A stretch of 64,000 nt of DNA from Cyanidioschyzon merolae (lineage: Eukaryota). The notes under the pieces were generated by a model. It had not been told where the DNA came from and did no database searches. It worked only from the letters and a program-made list of their open reading frames with translations. Below are positions 36,276-46,941 of this stretch, in pieces (within the stretch, counting starts at the first letter, position 1; each line of letters starts with the position of its first letter). Location: assembly GCA_000091205.1 (NCBI GenBank), contig AP006488.2. One strand, given 5' to 3'. Both the position numbers and the translations under genes were made by a program.

Positions 36276-36917
36276 TCACCGTTTGCTGAATGCATCAGTG
36301 ATTCGTCCAGTGGAGCGATCATTGCGTGCAACGACGGAAAACCCGCCTTCGATGGGGCTCAACCACGGAGAGCGCGGAGGAATGAAAAGCAGCTCGACAC
36401 CAATAGCATCAGCAACAGCTCCAAAGTAACAGGAGTGGTCAAATGCTATGTTGTCCAACAGAATGAAGTCGCCAGGCATCAGGGGGCAAGTCTTTGATGA
36501 TTCGACAAAGTGGTTGGAGCAGTTGGATAGGCGTTCTCTGCCTGCGAAACTGAGGTCGCCGAATATATCCTCAAAAGCTTGAATAAAAGTATGATATCCT
36601 CGTTCTACTCGAGTTCCATCGTACGTACAACGGGTTTCCTAATCCGCGAATATCCATATACGTTCCGATCGGTTCTCCCGATGGAATTCTTATCAACTGA
36701 AAAAAAACAAACCGACGCCCCTCTGCTTCATACTGATAGTGACGTTCCAAGAACTTTGTTGTCTTTGAGCTTTCAGTAGAAGACGGCCGTGCGTGAAAAC
36801 GGTAATATTTTTGCGACGATATCCAAGTGTTTTCAGAGCCGAACGAACAAGCTTTTGAGAAACAGAAATGCCAGTGGTGGCTACTACCGTCGCTTTTGCT
36901 CTCCGTAAGGTGATCAA
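36276..36917 (-). mobile_element. Degenerate Tc1/mariner/IS630-type (DDE_3) transposase pseudogene. HTH fragment 36693-36917; C-terminal DDE fragment 36276-36479.
   Basis: FILLDNIAFDHSCYFGAVADAIGVELLFIPPRSPWLSPIEGGFSVV matches the LDNAxxH ... PPYSPDLNPIE block of Tc1-like transposases. Upstream fragment SVSQKLVRSALKTLGYRRKNITVF is HTH-like. Broken by frameshifts. The region is AT-richer than its surroundings. Confidence 0.6.
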
Positions 36918-38883
36918 CCAGTCTCTTTTTTACGATTTACTGCGAGCAGTCTCTGAAAATATTGGTAGCTGGAATAGAGCACAAGTACTTGTTTCTTTCA
37001 GTGTGCCTCAACCATGTCATTCCAGTTGTGTTGCTGACCTGAGGGACGAATGCAATCCCCCTCGCATTTTTCACTAAAGAATATATCCTATATTCAATTC
37101 ATCTGTGACCTCTACGGTACATTGAATGGTCATTTCGATCTCCTGCTCTACACCGAATAGGGGGTGAATCAAAATTGAGTTGAAAAACGATCATCATGGC
37201 GCATACATTGTTTCGCGATTGTGCGTTGGATTCCATGCCTGCACACGGAAACGTACATGTCACTGAACTTTTTGGACCCAGGATCTCCAGGTTCAGTCCT
37301 GAGCGCTGTCGGCAGAACGCCGCGAACACCAGCTGTGCGACTCCTTCGGCTGGTGCGGCGACCAGTTGATGATTTTTCTTTGGGCTGCAGGACGGATGGG
37401 TCGAAGCTGACGCTGCAGCGAACCAGCATTCTCGGGTACATCCCGTTGGCAGGCCCTGGCATCATCCACGCGTTCCATTTCTTGAAGCGAGGGGATCGAT
37501 GACTCCGAGCCGAGGCTCCTGGGATGCAGGGGAAGCATTGGTGATGCTTCCGCTTTCACTGCACATGATCGATATGCCAGCGAAATGATAAGCACGTCCA
37601 TGAAACTGCTCTGAAGCACTGATATGAACGAAGGTCGCCTCCTATTCTGAAAGGATAAAAACTTTGAAATTTTTGCGCACCGCTATGTGTACAATTCGAG
37701 TCCCTTGCTCGCTACTCGTTGTACGAACGGGACGCGGTTTGCAGCGTAGGTCTGGAGCCTGCATGAATATCAACGCGTCATGATAGCGCGTCCACGCGGA
37801 GACTTAGCCGAATACCAATCCAGGTTTTGAGATCTGGATATCCTTCGATATATATGGTAACCATATGAACTGTGCGATCCGTGGCATCGGGTCGCGAAAA
37901 ATAAATCAATCGAAAAAGAGCCCCGTGGCTACTTCTGGAATGTATCTACGCACGGTCGCTTCGTTTCAGCAGCCACGTTTTCTCGCAACGAGCACAAGTT
38001 CCAGCTTGCACGCCTCAGCTGCGTTCGACTCAGCGCTCTCTGGGAAGCACACACTCGCGTTTTTCGCACGGTCTGCAAGACCCCGAGGCATCCGCGGAAC
38101 CCTGCGGCGTCCGCGAGTGCTCACAGGCGCTCTGAGCTCGGAAGAGCGGATCGTATCCCGGTGAAGAAGATGCCTGCTTCAGGCACGGAACCAAAATTGA
38201 TATTGTGGAGATGATTCCCGCACAAGAAGCACAGCCACTCATGCTGAATGCCCGACAACGGGCGGGGATCATGGAATACGATGCATGTTGACCGTGGACG
38301 AGCGGTTGAACGTAACGCGCCCTTGTGTGCTCCCAGCCGTGAACCCGTCATCGCTCACGTATCGGTATCGATTTCCATAGGTTCCCCGCATAGCCACCGA
38401 ATGCGATCCACTAAACCATTTCATATATCCGAAATGTAGGTCGTCTCGGGTGGCTGAATTCCTTGCGAGCACGGACACGGCACATACAGCATGCACCAAT
38501 ACAACGTTTATGATGCCTGCCCCCTCGAAGACACATAGGAAAGCACATGCTGCACCCTTCAATATAACATGCGTCCTGTTTGCTTCCTCGCAGAGTCAAG
38601 CAGAGCTCATACTGCACGCACCTTCGCGATGTATTCGACGCCAGCGAAAGTTAAGCGTTCGGGCCGTGCCAAACAAGACCAGCAAAGTCATCGCTGCGAG
38701 CAATTTCATAGTGCATTGATGATTACATTTATCATGATGATTCTAAAGAGCGATACACTTGGTACTGCCGCCGATCCGACTCGAGAAATTTCACCCGCCA
38801 CTACAATAGATATTGATCCACAGAGTACATCCTCCAGGAATGCCCGCTAAAGTGCGCAAGTACATGCATCCGAGCTAGCGTCA

Positions 38884-40188
38884 TCACTGCCCATCCCAGT
38901 CGTGCAGCTCCGGTGGGAGCGGCCGATCGACCTCGCTGATCTTTACCGGCATGCCGGTCTGGTAGCTTTGCCGAGCAGCCATGGCAATGACTACCGGCGC
39001 TCGGCCGTCGAAACCGGTGCACTGAATGGGTGTCCCATCGAGCAATGAGCTGCAAAAGGCATCCATTTCCCGAATGAACGAGTCCGTATATCGCTCCATA
39101 AAAAAATGCATAGGCAAGTCGCGCTGAATATGGTGAGCGGTGCTGACAATCGCTGTGTTCGGATAGCTGTTGTTGATAGAAATCGACCCAGCACTACCGA
39201 ACACCTCGCAGCGCTGATCGTATCCGTAGACTGCACTGCGGGAGTTGTCGATCGTGCCGATCGTACGGTTCCGAAACTTCAACATTACCACAGACGTGTC
39301 GACGTCTCCGTACTGAGCAATCTCAGGTGATATGCGGACAGCTCCATACGCGAAGACCTCGTCGACTTCATTGCCAATAAGAAAGCGAGCCATATCAAAA
39401 TCGTGGATTGCGCAGTCCATCCAGATTCCCCCTGAGGTTGCGGAGTAGTGGGCCGGTGGTGGCTCCGGATCACGGCTCACGATGTGGAAAATATGGGTTT
39501 CGCCGATCTCACCGGTCTCGATCGCTTTGCGAACTCGCATGTAGTTGGTATCGAAACGACGATTGAAGCCGACCTGAAGCTTGACGCCAGCCTTGCGGAC
39601 TGCGGTAAGGGCCTCGTCGATCCTGCCCAAATCGATGTCGATCGGTTTCTCGACGAAAATGTGTTTTCCTGCCTGAGCTGCCTCAATCATCTGCCGCGTA
39701 TGCTGCGTACTTGCTGAGCAAATGCATACTGCGTCCACATTCGGGTCGTCCAGGAGCTGGTGATAGTCAAAGTAGGGTTTGCAGCCAGCGGCCAGGGAGC
39801 AGCGCTCCGCGAGCTCCCGGGTGCCGGAGGCCACCCCGCACAAGTTGGCGCGTCGAAGTCTGAAAGCGATGTTCTCAGCGTGGACTTGGCCGATCCGCCC
39901 CGCACCGATGACCGCTACATTCACCTTATCACGAGCAACCACACCTTTCTTAGCGGAAGGTCCAGACGCGGGCGAAGCTGACGCTGGAGCAGGCGACGCC
40001 GACTGCGAGCGCAGCCCGCGCAGTGCCGAACAACCGGAGCGGCGCCGCGGAAACGCTCTCGTCCTCGAACGAAACACATAGCGGTTGTTTTCTCCCGTAA
40101 ACCTCAAGCAAAATCCTGCACATTGAGAGTTGCAGTCGTCCCTGGGAACAATATTCAACGAAACAAACGCCATGAGTACAGAGTTCAT
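38884..40188 (-). CDS. Gfo/Idh/MocA-family NAD(P)-dependent oxidoreductase, myo-inositol 2-dehydrogenase (IolG)-like, with ~80-aa Ser/Arg/Ala-rich N-terminal extension
   Basis: Rossmann VNVAVIGAGRIGQVH, VDAVCICSASTQHTRQMIEAAQAGKHIFVEKP, KLQVGFNRRFD and GEIGETHIFHIVSRDP are colinear with IolG. ATG at 40186-40188. Confidence 0.8.
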   Translation of the reverse strand: MNSVLMAFVSLNIVPRDDCNSQCAGFCLRFTGENNRYVFRSRTRAFPRRRSGCSALRGLRSQSASPAPASASPASGPSAKKGVVARDKVNVAVIGAGRIGQVHAENIAFRLRRANLCGVASGTRELAERCSLAAGCKPYFDYHQLLDDPNVDAVCICSASTQHTRQMIEAAQAGKHIFVEKPIDIDLGRIDEALTAVRKAGVKLQVGFNRRFDTNYMRVRKAIETGEIGETHIFHIVSRDPEPPPAHYSATSGGIWMDCAIHDFDMARFLIGNEVDEVFAYGAVRISPEIAQYGDVDTSVVMLKFRNRTIGTIDNSRSAVYGYDQRCEVFGSAGSISINNSYPNTAIVSTAHHIQRDLPMHFFMERYTDSFIREMDAFCSSLLDGTPIQCTGFDGRAPVVIAMAARQSYQTGMPVKISEVDRPLPPELHDWDGQ

Positions 40189-40572
40189 GCCTTCGTCGCA
40201 ACTGCGTTCCAGCGCTTGAACGAAATCCGTTGCGCGTGCAGCTGAGACGACGTAGACGCCTTCATCGCCGTGACACCGTCGATTTCGCGGAAGGCGATGT
40301 CGGGGCTGGTGCGTTTTTTCCCATCATGCTCGATACGGAACGATGCAAATCAGAGTTCTATGGAAAATGGATGCTGAGCGGGCGGTTTTTAGTCTGTTGA
40401 ACAAATATTTGGTTCCCAGGAATTTCTGTCGAAGAGAGATATTCCTCTGGTAACCGTGACGCTGGTGGAATCGAAACGCGCAGCAGTCGGTTGTTGCAGG
40501 TAGATGGCGTACAACTGTCGTTCAGGTAATTGTACGCCATGGAGATGCAGGAGAGAAACGTGCATGACGTAT

Positions 40573-41100
40573 TCATGCGTGCATACAGCAGTAGAGACCT
40601 TTCGCTCTTCGGGATAACGGTTTGGAATCGCGTCTACGGGGCCTCGGCGGGCGTTGGACAGGCATCTGCTCCGAGTTCTTGGGTGTCCCAGCGTGCATAC
40701 GATTCTGGAAAAAGCTGGCAACATTCAAGACTTTTGGAATTTTGAGAGGCGGATTCTCAAGTTTTCGTTTATGCGCGACGCGAGCATGAAATGCAGCACG
40801 CATCAGAGCTTTGGCTTCGTCTTTGGGCGCAGTGCATCGGACGCGGCATTCTTCAGAATGCTTGGTTTCGGGGGATTTTCGAGTCAAAAACGGAACCTGA
40901 TGGAGCACCGTGTCGCGCATGATGCGAACAAGGTCGCAGATCCGGGCAGCATATGACGGGCAGAGAACAATTTTCATTATGAGGACCAACACCTTAGAGC
41001 AAGCATCCTTCCCATGCGGAAATGATCCAGGGATATAAGGAAGTGCAGTGCGCCGTTCGGGCGTGACTTGTGGGATTTCCTGAGGAGAAAGCGCTTCCAT
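40573..41100 (-). CDS. Hypothetical basic protein (175 aa); no family recognised; may be non-coding
   Basis: ORF with real ATG, lying between the divergent IolG-like and coiled-coil genes. Composition only. Confidence 0.25.
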   Translation of the reverse strand: MEALSPQEIPQVTPERRTALPYIPGSFPHGKDACSKVLVLIMKIVLCPSYAARICDLVRIMRDTVLHQVPFLTRKSPETKHSEECRVRCTAPKDEAKALMRAAFHARVAHKRKLENPPLKIPKVLNVASFFQNRMHAGTPKNSEQMPVQRPPRPRRRDSKPLSRRAKGLYCCMHA

Positions 41101-41599
41101 GGAAACTCTAGTGGAGCAAACTTCTGTTCCTGGAGGTGGATTTACTTTAAACCTTTAGTGCCCGGCTACACCAAACCCCGGAATCAACTATATCCTAAAT
41201 CCATTTGGAGAACTGGCTTATGCAGCGTCTGGCTTCTGCCGTCACTCGACCCATAGAAAGAACAAAAGATGCCGCGATGTTCATTCCTTGCCAGGAAATC
41301 CGAGCGAGACGCCAGCGATCGACTCGTGACGCGCACGCCTCGAAAATCGGACAGCAGCGCGTACGCCGCTCAAGGCTCGAAACGTGTCCGTCAAAATATC
41401 GGAACGCTTACAGGTAGTAACGCAAGAACACAGGTACGCGAGCTTCCTAGTCTATTTCGCTGAACAACTTTGTAGACTGCAAGCAGAAGCGCTCAAAATA
41501 AAGGCTACTCGCAAGAATTGAGCGCTTGCTGGCTGAACTCGGACTGGTCTTCCGGAGCCCTGGACAAGCCGCTCTAATCGTCAAACGCCTCGAGTTTAT

Positions 41600-42163
41600 A
41601 TGGCCACGCTGCCAAAGGACCTTCCGTCGCTAGAAGAGCTATTTGTTAATTGCCTGCAGAAAAGACTTGAGGGGAGAAACTCTGCAGAACTTGAAGTCGT
41701 TGACGCTGTAGAAGAGGAGTTTACGCAACTTTACAACGCGACATATCCTGTTGCCACGCTTCGCGGAAGTTTAGCTGATTTGGAGCGTAGCTTGGACAAT
41801 GCGCGCGAGAACAGGCTCCATCTCCATCGAGAGCGTACCAGAGTAATGCTCGAAGAAATAGAATCTATGCAGAGACAGCTGGCCGCTGAAAAAGAGGTGC
41901 TGGACCGGCTCACACGGAGGCGAAACGAGCTCCTCGAACGTTGGTCGGCAGCAGCGCACCGACGGGTGCTGCAGAATGCACTGCAGGAACAGGCAGCGGC
42001 AGTTGAGGATGCCCGCCAGGCATTAATTCAGTGTCGTCGTGAATGCACTTTTGATGAAATACGAAGCTATGGGGAGAACTTTTTGCAGAAACGCACGCGA
42101 CAGCGCATGATAGAGGATATGATTGGCCGGTCTGAAGATTTTTTGACGAGGAATCACGCTTGA
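41600..42163 (+). CDS. Hypothetical coiled-coil protein (187 aa)
   Basis: Real ATG. Heptad-rich Glu/Arg/Leu sequence (LEEIESMQRQLAAEKEVLDRLTRRRNELLERW). No family assigned. Confidence 0.4.
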   Translation: MATLPKDLPSLEELFVNCLQKRLEGRNSAELEVVDAVEEEFTQLYNATYPVATLRGSLADLERSLDNARENRLHLHRERTRVMLEEIESMQRQLAAEKEVLDRLTRRRNELLERWSAAAHRRVLQNALQEQAAAVEDARQALIQCRRECTFDEIRSYGENFLQKRTRQRMIEDMIGRSEDFLTRNHA

Positions 42164-43439
42164 GCCCAGCATCTTCATAGAAGACGTGCTCCAGACGCCA
42201 AGATTTTGCGTGGCTCGTATACCAGATGAAAACTTGCCCAAAGCCTAGAACATGGTTGCAAGGAACCCTGGGTCCAACTGGATCATGCAGGATGCGCTTT
42301 CGTAAGGGCATGTGGTAGCCACGGTCACCGCACCGGTATCGATGCACCGCGGCGCATAAACATGGCTCAGATGCAACGGGGCAACGGTTGAAGGCTACCG
42401 GGTAGCGTCAGCTGTGGAGCTGCACGGGTACGTACACAAGCAGAGCAGCGAATCATGTGCAGCGGGAGCTCATTGTCGCAAATTCATCATGGTTTCGTTA
42501 CAGCATGCTTGTAACTAGCGAATACACGACATAGGCGCGCAAAAGTCTTTTATATTACCGTTGTGCGTTCCTGAAACATGAATGCTGTGGCTGTTCAGCG
42601 AGTGCATGCCACTTCGCACGATGAACTCCGCTGTCGTGCTCGAGAATGCATGGCCCATGCCATCAGCGGTGGCACTGAAACGAAACCTGCTGCAACTTCG
42701 ATGGTCGGTCGGCGAAAAGCATGAACCTGTCCCATGGTAATCGGCGTCATGGTTGTAACGCTCTCTGTTCGACACTGGGACACCGCGCCGGACTAGGTTG
42801 CGCAGGTCCATCACATCATCATGAAGCTTCCGCTGGAGACATAGGACTTTGCCATCTCTTCAACTCGTGTCCCGAATGTTTTGTCAAATAAGCCTCTACA
42901 CCCAAGTCGGACGAGAATAGAGCAGATAAACTTTGCCAACTCGGGTGCATACTCCAGAGTTCTCTATTCTTCGAGCCATCACGAGCGCCGTCCTTGGCAA
43001 TGTCTTTCTGCGACTCCTTCTTCCTTATCTCTTATCTCCGGTATTGAAATACGCCAATCCCTCCTGTCCCGCCAGCTTTTTTGTCAGCTGTCGAGGGACG
43101 TTGATCCCAGCGCTAGTCCCGATATTGCCGGTTGCGGGTGTTGACGACACATTTCATGCACTGGCGCAGGTTGAGATCTAGGCTGCGCATGCCATTGCCA
43201 TCTTCTCGTTTGTAAAGCGTGTTGGTGTATCCCTCGCAGCGGTGACACTCTAGTGTGATACGATGTTTCGAGATGTCCACCGCATCTCATGCTCTGGGAG
43301 CCTCCTCGTAGCACGCGAAGCAGTCCAGAGGTCTCGCCTCTATGCCCTAGTCCATTTCCGCACCCATCGCCATCCCCTATAATAACAGGCTTATTATGAG
43401 CGACTTTCTCGGCGAACGCGCTATCCGCTGCGCGCGCAA

Positions 43440-43800
43440 GAGCACGCTGTTCCATTGAATAGAGAGGATTTCTGGAACGCGATGTTTTCCATGATGAAAC
43501 AAATACCAGAAGGAAAATTCAGACTGGAGACAAAGTCGATCAATTTCGAGCCGTCTGCGCCCCGTGTGTGTCATGCGTTGGCGCGCGCTCTCTCCACTCG
43601 GAGCGATCGTTGCGAGGACTCAAGTCCGAGTTTAGGACCCTTTGCCATTCGAACAGAAGACACGGGAACCTCTCGGAGCATAAACATTGATCGAAATACT
43701 GCAGGTGACGAATGGCGATTCGTCGACGGCCACAGCCCCAGGCAGAAATGTCTTTCGAGTGAAATCCATTGTTTGACATGTGAAGTTCATTGAGTTTTCG
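43440..43800. repeat. Old, decayed copy of repeat family R
   Basis: ccagaaggaaaattcagactggagacaaagtcgatcaatttcgagcc ... gagtgaaatccattgtttgacatgtgaag is homologous to 7940-8260 and to the young copies. Confidence 0.5.
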
Positions 43801-44845
43801 ACACGAGCTTTTGAACGATTCGTCAAGGAACACGCCGAGAGTTCTTCCTCATCAATCCAATGGCGTGAGTTTTTGTTGCGCCTTCGAGTTGCTTTGTGGC
43901 AGCTTGACCGAGTATTTGAAGAATGCGTAATTTGCACGTGTCGCATGCAAGGAAAAGAGAAGAGTGGCGGTTTGTAGGTATGACTCGATTGATGTTATCT
44001 GTTTGTTTACGAATCCCTGATCGCGGGCCTTGTGAATCATGTCGATGACGATGTCGTGACAAATCCCGGCGGCAAAGTATCGAATGAGCCATTCCAAAAA
44101 GTCCACCGCAAATCCGAAACCACTGCGTAGATCCATATGCCACTACTAGTGCAGTTTAGATTCACAGGTTGCACATAAATGAAAATATCGGAATATAATC
44201 GAAAAGCAGGAAGAGAACGAGCTGTTCAGCGTTCCGATTTGATTCTGAAACAGGACTAGTACCAGTGGGTTGTCTGGTTTCCGAAAGCAAACATATACTC
44301 GGGAAGTTTTCGTTGGATTTATCGATCTCACGCCGCAAAAAAGATTCGCGGGGAAACATTGTTGTACGCTTGCAGATAGTGAAACATTTAGTCCGTTATC
44401 AGAAAGCGTTTGGGAGAACGCGGACCAGGACTTTTGTAGGCAACGCTTAGAGATGAGGCTCGCCTTAAAACAGCATGGGCAGCCTATCGAGCTGCTGCTT
44501 CCCTGATGATGTCGTCGGCACCACAGTGAATATCCACGGTGCGCTCATCAGAAGGAGACCTGGTGGAATGAACGAGCGTGGGATCTTGACGCAAGACCCA
44601 CTTGGAGCAAACGGAAACTTGGAGCTGCTGGGTAGAAGCTAATATGCGTTCTTGCTACGGGTAGCTTTCGTCCAACTGCGATCATTTATTTTGATCTGTT
44701 TACCCACAAACCAGTTAAACTTATGCTCTGTGAAACGAACAACATTTCACGACTATGACGTGTACATATTCACCCTTTCACAGACGCTTCCCAGCCTCTT
44801 TCGACCGGTCGCCTGCTATCGGTTTTCGTTTCTCCAGGCACTCCT

Positions 44846-45094
44846 CTAGCCGTAGAGCGTGTACCACAAGTTGGATCGCGTCAGCTCCTCGGGCCTCGTC
44901 TTCAGCACCGATCCTCGTATGATATTGACGGCAGCATTGAAATTCCGTTTCACGAGCTCATTGCGTGTATTGCCTCTGGCTGAACTTGCTAATGCAGGGA
45001 CTGCTAAATCAAGCAATCCTCTCTGCCGCTGCAGTCTCGATATCATCGCGTCAGACATGAAAACCTCTCCTCGCCTATCGCCCGCCTTCTTCAT
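44846..45094 (-). pseudogene. TnpB/Fanzor-like RuvC-III remnant, copy B (catalytic D replaced by N). The homologous flank extends roughly 44840-45300.
   Basis: ELVKRNFNAAVNIIRGSVLKTRPEELTRSNL aligns to copy A, GFVNRDFNASINIRSCAVLKTRPSKLTQSNF. Flanking DNA at 45170-45260 aligns to 36120-36200. Confidence 0.4.
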
Positions 45095-45795
45095 CTCCGT
45101 TACGCGCTCTTATTCGCTCGATGATCGGTGAGACAAGGATTTTTCCGTTTTTTTGCCGGCAGCCGGCGACACCGAGCCTCCAAGATCCTCGACTTCCATG
45201 TCCATAAATTTCCCTTGGATTTCTTATTTTTGAAAACTTACGCACTTCGAAAGCATCTGCCACGAACCAGGAAAAATCATCTGATGACACACACCGAGAG
45301 GTGGAACGCAACTGAGGTGTAAAACGATAACAACCCAATGCGACGTTGCAGATGCCTAGTCGCAGCGGTGACACGGGCGCCCGCGCATTCCTCCCCAAGT
45401 CCTGGCCAGGTGTGTTGCTCGCCGAGACAGTGCGAAGCAGCTGCGTAAAGGTTCAACGGAGACCGCACGAGTTCCTCGGAGGACACGAACCAAACCCATA
45501 ACACGCTGAGTAAGCGTGCTAGTACATCGCAGAGCTTGATCGCCATCGAGCAAAGCAGCAAACTTTGCGCGCCCTGAGCAAGTCGATAACCGTAACGCAG
45601 CCCCTCCAGGTGGAAAGACGCGCTCGTTCGGGCGTCAGAGAAAACCAACCATAGTCTATCGTAGCGCTCCGTCGTTCAATTAGATGTTTTGTTACGGAAA
45701 GTTGTTATGCATTCACTTGTAACCTGCGACATTCGGCTGCAGTAACCCGTCCTTGCGAGATAGTTTGCTACCCGAAGCCCGTCCCGAGGTGTACG

Positions 45796-46941
45796 ATGTG
45801 GCCAGAAACACTCAGCGAAACACCGCTCTGGAAACGGGTACGTTTTGAGGAGCGCTTGTCGATATCTCCAGCTGTGCTGCAAGGTCCAAAAACTGTCTTC
45901 AACGCGATCTACCGCAGTCTATTCAACCGACTTTTTCGTTACGACCCGCTTCTGCAGGGAACCGTGGTGTCGTTGCGTGCGGTACCTGGCGCCGCACTGG
46001 ATCCACTGCACAAGCGTCGGGCAAACACGTACACCGCTGCAGAACCAAAACTCGACCTAGAGGTTACGGATCGAGGGTTTTTCCATGTTCGGCTCCATGT
46101 GGAGGCTCTTGTTTTCTCTCCGCCGGTGGTTGATGGCGAAGCATCGATCGTTGTGAAGAATGGAACCCGGACGCGGCAGCTTCCTCGATTGTATGGTCGA
46201 GTCGTATTTCTCGGCACGCGGCATGTTGCACTACGAGTGTTTGGTATTTTTCACGCAGCCATTAGCGTGGATGATTTTCCGGGAGAATATCGACGAGAGC
46301 ATGACCGATGGATACCGTTAGCAGTAGATGCCCCAGGTGTCGACTTATCGGAGAAACAAGTTCGTGTCGGGGACGTGCTCTGTTTTGAGGTGAAAGATCT
46401 CCAGCACGCGTCCAATGGTATCTTTGTGATCCGAGGAGGGGTTCCCGTCCCCGATGCAAACTGCGTGGAGACGACGCCGGCCCCGGGAGCACCACAAGCT
46501 GATACCACAACGCGCCCTCTAGAGTATACGCTTCCGGATTACGAGGCACTTCACGATGAGTTACTTCGGAACCAAGTCGAGCGATTCCTCACGGCTGCCT
46601 GGCGCGCGTCGACGCTGGGCGACCATGTGGACATCGCGACGTTCCAGGAGCTTGTGAGCCTGGAAATACCAGGTCACGATGGAGCTGCAAAGCTACCACG
46701 AACCACGACAGATACGGAGACGAATCTGGGGGTTATCAGACTCACTGCGGACGCTATTGACCGCGAAATCATATGGGACGCTGATAGCGATAGCATTTCC
46801 GAAAACAGCACCGCTCACGAGGATCCGTCGGCGTCGAAACTCGAAGCCCTATCCGGAGAGTTCTTCACATTGGGGAACGCTGACTCGGACCCGCTGGCAG
46901 AGCTTGTAGCTGCTTCACGTGGGCACCCCACAGTCGGGTAG
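45796..46941 (+). CDS. Putative Rpb7/RPA43-like RNA polymerase subunit (tentative); acidic C-terminal tail
   Basis: Real ATG. Rpb7-N-like FHVRLHVEALVFSP followed by S1-like VRVGDVLCFEVKDLQHASNGIFVIRGG. Assignment by pattern only. Confidence 0.4.
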   Translation: MWPETLSETPLWKRVRFEERLSISPAVLQGPKTVFNAIYRSLFNRLFRYDPLLQGTVVSLRAVPGAALDPLHKRRANTYTAAEPKLDLEVTDRGFFHVRLHVEALVFSPPVVDGEASIVVKNGTRTRQLPRLYGRVVFLGTRHVALRVFGIFHAAISVDDFPGEYRREHDRWIPLAVDAPGVDLSEKQVRVGDVLCFEVKDLQHASNGIFVIRGGVPVPDANCVETTPAPGAPQADTTTRPLEYTLPDYEALHDELLRNQVERFLTAAWRASTLGDHVDIATFQELVSLEIPGHDGAAKLPRTTTDTETNLGVIRLTADAIDREIIWDADSDSISENSTAHEDPSASKLEALSGEFFTLGNADSDPLAELVAASRGHPTVG

